A stretch of DNA of 63,609 bases, the filler included, from Candidatus Omnitrophota bacterium (lineage in GTDB: Bacteria; Omnitrophota; Gorgyraeia; Zapsychrales; Zapsychraceae), in assembly GCA_015233495.1 (NCBI GenBank). It is 5 parts of 5 records of this genome, joined end to end, with 100 filler letters (N's around TTAATTAATTAA, not from the genome) between each part and the next. Parts side by side here need not be neighbours in the genome. Positions count along the whole stretch, not along the records: positions 55,417 to 63,609 come from JADFXQ010000068.1; 4 more parts are not named here. One strand, written 5' to 3'. The position numbers were made by a program, and so were the translations under genes. How positions within the stretch are numbered: the first letter of the stretch is position 1; each line of letters opens with the position of its first letter. This document shows, piece after piece, positions 58,401 through 63,609 of the stretch. A model generated the notes under the pieces. The model did no database searches, was not told where the DNA came from, and saw only the letters and a program-made list of their open reading frames with translations.

Positions 58401-61400
58401 ATCCAATTGACCGCGTTGTTGACCATCCTGTTCGGAGTCACCCGTCCCGGATACGAAAAGCCGCGAGCGAAGTCAAGTTCTCCGGTAGGGGCCGCGTCTG
58501 CGATTTTCAGGAATTCTTCCAACGCCGATCAATATCCGGATCGCGTTTTAACTGATTATACGCAGGCTGGTTCGGGGGTGATGAGCGAGGTGTCCAGCCC
58601 GGCTGTCTATAGCAGAATCATTAATGTTTATACACCGCGCCAATGGTCTGGCAGCCAATTGGTTTTAATTAGGACGGGGTTTTTAAAGGGGAAAAATTTT
58701 TCGGATATATTAGTGTTTTGTGATGATGCCCATTTGGGCAGCGACTTAATCATGTTGGGTTTTGCCCAAGGGTTGTGTCGTCATTACGCAGGGGGTATTC
58801 CACCGCTGCGTTTTGAATTTTGCACAGATTATCCGGGATTGTTCCACTTCTTAAATTCGGGATATGTTACAACGGTCCCGGAGGCGCGGATCAGCTATAA
58901 ACAACCGGAGCGGGGTTGTTATGATCTGGCGGTTGTTCCCCGAAATTGTGTTGGGGTTGAAGCTTCAGCACAAACCGCCGTGATATATGATATGTTCGAA
59001 ACAAAGCCGATCTTTTGCGCGTCAGGTCATTCATCCGCAACGCTGGTGCCCTTTTCATTAAGACCGAATTTTTATTGGAGCACGCATAATGCGCTGTGCG
59101 CGTTATGCGGGATAAATCTCGAAGAGAGCCCGGAACTATTGACTGCTCCGCGAATTCAAATGACCGCGGCTGGGGAGTTAAGATCTAGAAATATGTTATT
59201 AAGAAATTGTGTAATTATGAGCGGTTCCCGCCCCAGTCGTCCGTTGATTGTGTTTGATCCCTTTTCGAGAAGTCATTATCAGATGGCGTATGATATATTG
59301 AAAATCGCCAGCCGCTTGAACCAGTTGGGGACAGGGTTTGACCTTCGTATTATCGCTAACGAGGTTGGACCTATCCCGGATTGTGATGACATCCGAAATT
59401 ACGTTTTGCAAGCAGCAAAGATATGGGGGATCAGGTTGGTGGAATTAGATTTTCCGGAGCAGGACACGGCTTTGATGTATGCCGCGGCAGATGTGGCAGT
59501 GCATCCGGACACCGGGTCAGCTCATTTAATGGGAGCCATGTCGAATGCGGACGGCCGCCAAGGGTACCAGGTGGTGATTTTCGCCAATGAATGCAATTTC
59601 AGAGGTTGGATGGTTGATGGGCCGAAAAATCTTTCCGTGCTTGGGCCGGTCGTCGCAGCTGATGAATTAGCTCATCTGATCCGCATTGCCGCGCTGGTCA
59701 ACCGCGGCATTGTTTTAAACGATCAGGATCGGGACTTTCTGCGGGATTTGGACGCGAGGCATAAGCATTTTTCATTATCGCCCGAGTTATTTTCAAAATT
59801 AGCAACCCCTCCGGGAAATATCCCGCAAAGTCATCGCACATCGCCGCGATCGCCAGCCGTGGTTTCTGCCGCATCGCCGGCGGGAACGCGGCAGGATCAT
59901 TGGCGCGGCCGGGTGAGAATGTTGTCCTGCGCGGCAAAGTTGAATCCCGGGTTGTTGGAAAAATTCATCGCTGTTGAGGGATTTGAGGCGGCTTGGCAAT
60001 ATTTTGAACGCAACGGGCAACAGGATGGGATGCGGTTTTTGTTTGCCTTGCAAGCGGCGGAGCGCTTGACGCAACAGGGCTGGGAGGTACAGCAATTCGG
60101 GCAGGAAATTGTTTTGAGCGGGGGATGCCGATTTCAGCCTGCGATGACGATTATTAAAGACTACCGGAAATATTTGGTCGCAGTTTATTTATGTCCTCAG
60201 GGCGGGGCGATGCAGCGATTCGGGGCAAAGAATCTCCGGCGGCCGGGGGATGCGCAACCGATGAGTCAAAAAGCCAAGTATATCCAAGCTGTCTGGGACG
60301 GTTTGTGTGAAGGGATTTTATTTGTGACCAATCCCGTCAGAGACGATGAAATCGAGGGATGGCGTCAGCTTTCCTGGGTTGATGAAAAGACTGGGTTGGA
60401 TAGCAACATCGATTTGCTCGTCGTGAAACCGGACTGGGAATGGTTTGACGCGATCTTCGCCAGCCAGGCCGAATATCTCGCGGCCCTGGCGCGAAAAGCT
60501 TTCAAGGCGGGAAACAAACAAGCTGAACTATGGTTTGCCCGGGCCAAGAAATGGCAGGCCGCGCGGCAAACGCAACGCGGGACTTCCTCACCCGTGATCC
60601 CAGACCGTCAGACCCCGCGCGAAACTTATCCGGGGCGGCTTGATCAGACCCTGACTTTAACGAAGAAATATTTAGACCGGGTTTCGGGGCCCAAAAAGGT
60701 GGCAGATATCGGAATCGGCGAAAATGGAGCGCCGACCTTTTTGGCTTGGGTGAGGTTTTTGACAACCACTTACGGCGAGGAGAGTATCACTTTTTGGGGC
60801 TTTGATAATTCGCCACGTGTATTAGACCTGGCCGCAAAACGGATGGCGGAGAGGAAAAATATCGTTTTATGCTTGGCGAATTATACCCGCATCACTGAAA
60901 CCGGGTTGGTTTTATCCGAATTTAATTTGATCCGAGTCTGCAACTTGATAAATTTTTATTATTCTTTTGCAAAAGAAGAAATTATGCGCTTACTGGCCGA
61001 AAGTTTGTTGGAAGAAGGAATATTATTGATTGGCCACGATGTCAAATGGGCCCGTTCGTCAGAATACCATGTCTATAAAAAACAAGCCGGAGTTTTATGG
61101 CTCGTGGAACAAATTGGAGTTGCCTCGCCGGTCGATTGGTCGGTGGCGCAGGGAGGCGATTCGCATTTAGGGAATTTATTACTGCAGTGGTTGGCGGCTG
61201 TATTCCGTGGTTGTTCAAAAATACTGTCGGCGAATATCATTTATGCACAATTTGGACAGCATATGCTGTCGACGAGTAGGGGCGCCCCTGGTGGGCGCCC
61301 GTGGTCATTGCGCGCCACAACGACGGTCGTGCTGATTAGGCACGACACTTCGTCGCCGCTTCGCTCCGCTCAAAACGCGGCGACTACGGGCGCCCACGAG

Positions 61401-63608
61401 CCTGCCTGCCGCGGCAGGGGGCGCCCCTACACAGCTATCAATCCGGAAAAAATGGTTGCAAATTCATGTTTGCCAACCAGATCGGGAGATCTGACACCAT
61501 TTATTGTTGCCTCGCCGGTTGCGCCGGATGAAACGCCCGAACAAAGCGGGACAAAGCGTTATTTCACTACGGAAAGCGGCGCGAAATATTTGGTTGCTGA
61601 CGACGGCAAAATCATCATCAGCTATCCGCGTCTGGCTTTGATTTTTAATTTTGGCTTGCGTATGGATCTTATGGGAATGAGCGAAGCTTTGCGGGAAATA
61701 ATGACGCTTTATAAACAAGAACGGGTGGAGTTCCTCGGTGTGCCTTTGTCAGAGCAGGACTGTGTGGCAGACGCGGTTATTAGGTTGGCGGATAACGCTC
61801 AAATCAAAAATTGCGCGGAACGCGGCTTCGCCGGGATCGGTCAGCTCTTTCGGGGCAAAGCGCCGCAAGCGGCTTTGGAAGCCGGCACGCCGGAATTCGA
61901 GGCATTGCTTAAACAACGCTTGAACCGGAGCGTCGACGCACCGCCGGCGCCGCAGATAATTGCGGCCGATCCGCCGGGAATTCCAATGGGATGGCCAATG
62001 GAAAGGCAAGTGGAAAGCAACGGCTGTTTTCATTACAACAAGTATCATTCCGTCGGACGGGCATTTGCCGGCGAAAAGGTCAGGCTTGCGCCATATCGTG
62101 TTGATGAGCGGACAGTCATCGGAGTTTATTATCACGGCGTTATGTTGGGGTATATCGATGAAGTGACAACCGAGATGAAGGGGAAAAACGCAGGGCAAAC
62201 AGCGGTCAAAAGCGTGTGTCATCTCTATCTGGAAGCGATTGTGATCCATCAGTTGGGATATGTCCGTTGTCAAGGCGAGGCAATCTCTCTGGGCCAACAA
62301 TATCAGGGAAAAATCGTAGTGTGCAAGCCTTGGCAGAACAATAATTGGCAAGCCGGATTTGTTGTTTATGATGACCAGGATCGGGTTATTGGTTCGTACA
62401 ACAAAGCTGCCCAAATAAAATGGCATGAAAAAAGCGGAATCATTTTGTGTTGCGAAAAAATTTCCAACCGGTTTCCCGAAGATCATCAGGAAAAGCCGTT
62501 GAGTTCACCTTCCATAATAAATGCCGAATACTCCTCACCTGTCAATGGAGCCGCGAGATCTGACCCCATTGATTTGGCGGAAGAATTGCAAAGGATTAAA
62601 GATTTGCCGGAGTTTAAAGATCAATTGCAGGCGTTGATCAAAGTACGGGGATTTGCAGCGATTAAGGATTTTGCCCGGGAGGCAGGAATAGGAAAAACCA
62701 GCTTATATAATTACGTTGCCGGAAGGAGCCGACCCACTCGAAGCATTTTTGCCAAAATTGTCCGGCATTTGGACGCCAAGGATATTTTGGCATATCCTTG
62801 GACGAAAAGGAGTCATCATCAGGCAGTTCAGGCGAGGTGCACGGAATTTGCCCAACAACTTAATACTTTAATGGCTCTTCGAGGGACCACTATAAAACAA
62901 ATTGCCGAAGCAGTCGGCGTGACAATCCGGACCATCAATCGATATTTGACGGGTGATTTATTGCCTACGGCGGAAGTCCTGGCGCGTCTGGCTTCCGCTT
63001 TAGGGGTCAAGGTTGAAGATCTTTGGCCCCAATATGATTCGCGCGCCGAAAAACAACTTCCTGCCGATGTTCGGGAAGGCATACGGAATTTGGCGTCTTT
63101 GGGAGAAAAATTATCAGCGGTAAGAAGGCATTACGGTTTATTGCGGAGTCAGGCGGCCAAAGAATTGAACATTGGGATAGAGCAAATCAGATTATATGAA
63201 GACGGCCAATTATTTCCTAACTGGGATGTTTTGGAAAATTTAGGCGCGTTTTATCAGGCAAAAGATATATTTGAAGAAATCTCACCCGCCGAACAAGACA
63301 GGATCAAGAGGTTACCGACTTTTAAAGACCAATTGGAATATTTGATTTCAAGGCGCGGTTTTGATCATAAACATTTCGCGGAAGCTTTGCAGATCAGCCG
63401 AACAACCCTTTGGCGAAAGTTGAATCATCCCTCGCATTTATCGAGCCAGGAATTGGCGCAATGGATGACTGCGCTAGAAATCGAAGACAGCGCTCCATTT
63501 TTATCTTCCGCCATTTTATCGGCATCGCCGGTTCCGTTGGATTTCGGGGACACAAAGATAATTATCAAATTTTCGCATTTTTCGCATTTGTGGAATTTAT
63601 TACTGCGA
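55419..63608 (+). CDS. Giant multidomain, polyprotein-like protein: internal fragment of at least 2730 aa
   Basis: Hand translation from 55419 (KGDDGAVSSPITD...) to 63608 (...HLWNLLLR) showed no stop. Contains radical SAM CSGGCGQC, Pta-like IVFPE...DLSRG, GT9-like DTGSAHL, MTase VADIGIG and four XRE HTHs. Missing from the track because no stop lies in the window. Confidence 0.9.
61276..61430. repeat. REP doublet (REPIN-like) inside the giant ORF, with a nested 18-bp insert
   Basis: gtaggggcgcccctggtgggcgcccgt (61276-61302) and its inverted copy acgggcgcccacgag[cctgcctgccgcggcagg]gggcgcccctac (61386-61430). One mismatch once the insert is removed. Confidence 0.85.
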
Positions 63609-63609
63609 T

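Noticed and set aside
55545..63082. Many short ORFs in the track for the last contig, suggesting non-coding or decayed DNA
   Set aside because: They are shadow ORFs on other frames of a single open frame, 55419-63608.

Overview
The window is five separate contigs joined by artificial N-TTAATTAATTAA-N spacers (14782-14881, 28698-28797, 42028-42127, 55317-55416), so no gene neighbourhood crosses those joins. Gene content (anaerobic [FeFe]-hydrogenase, AlgE-like porin, GQNAIEY class III prepilin, giant ORF) suggests a candidate-phylum anaerobe, most likely Omnitrophota; this is inference. Contig A (1-14781): two secreted pilin-fold proteins and a multimeric NAD-linked [FeFe]-hydrogenase operon with maturases (REC-HydC fusion, HydD, HydB, HydA, TM1266-type regulator, aspartase, HydF, HydG, HydE), interrupted by an antisense toxin-antitoxin pair. 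Contigs B and C: mostly housekeeping genes (apt, tRNA-Arg, rimO, rodZ, ftsK, pnp, rpsO, xerD, ligA, tRNA-Pro, fabZ, hybrid kinase, rib operon), with an inversion breakpoint that splits ribBA and cinA. Contig D: a cytoskeletal-type cluster (two HEAT-repeat proteins, ParA, three coiled-coil proteins, two divergent actin-like ATPases) resembling the mad23-mad28 module of deep-branching magnetotactic bacteria. Contig E (55417-end): one + strand reading frame of at least 2730 codons, open at both ends and missing from the ORF track. It strings together unrelated domains (radical SAM, phosphotransacylase, GT9 glycosyltransferase, SAM methyltransferase, four XRE HTHs), with a short [S/A]-S-P-[V/I/A] motif at the module boundaries. 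This polyprotein-like giant gene is the most novel feature.
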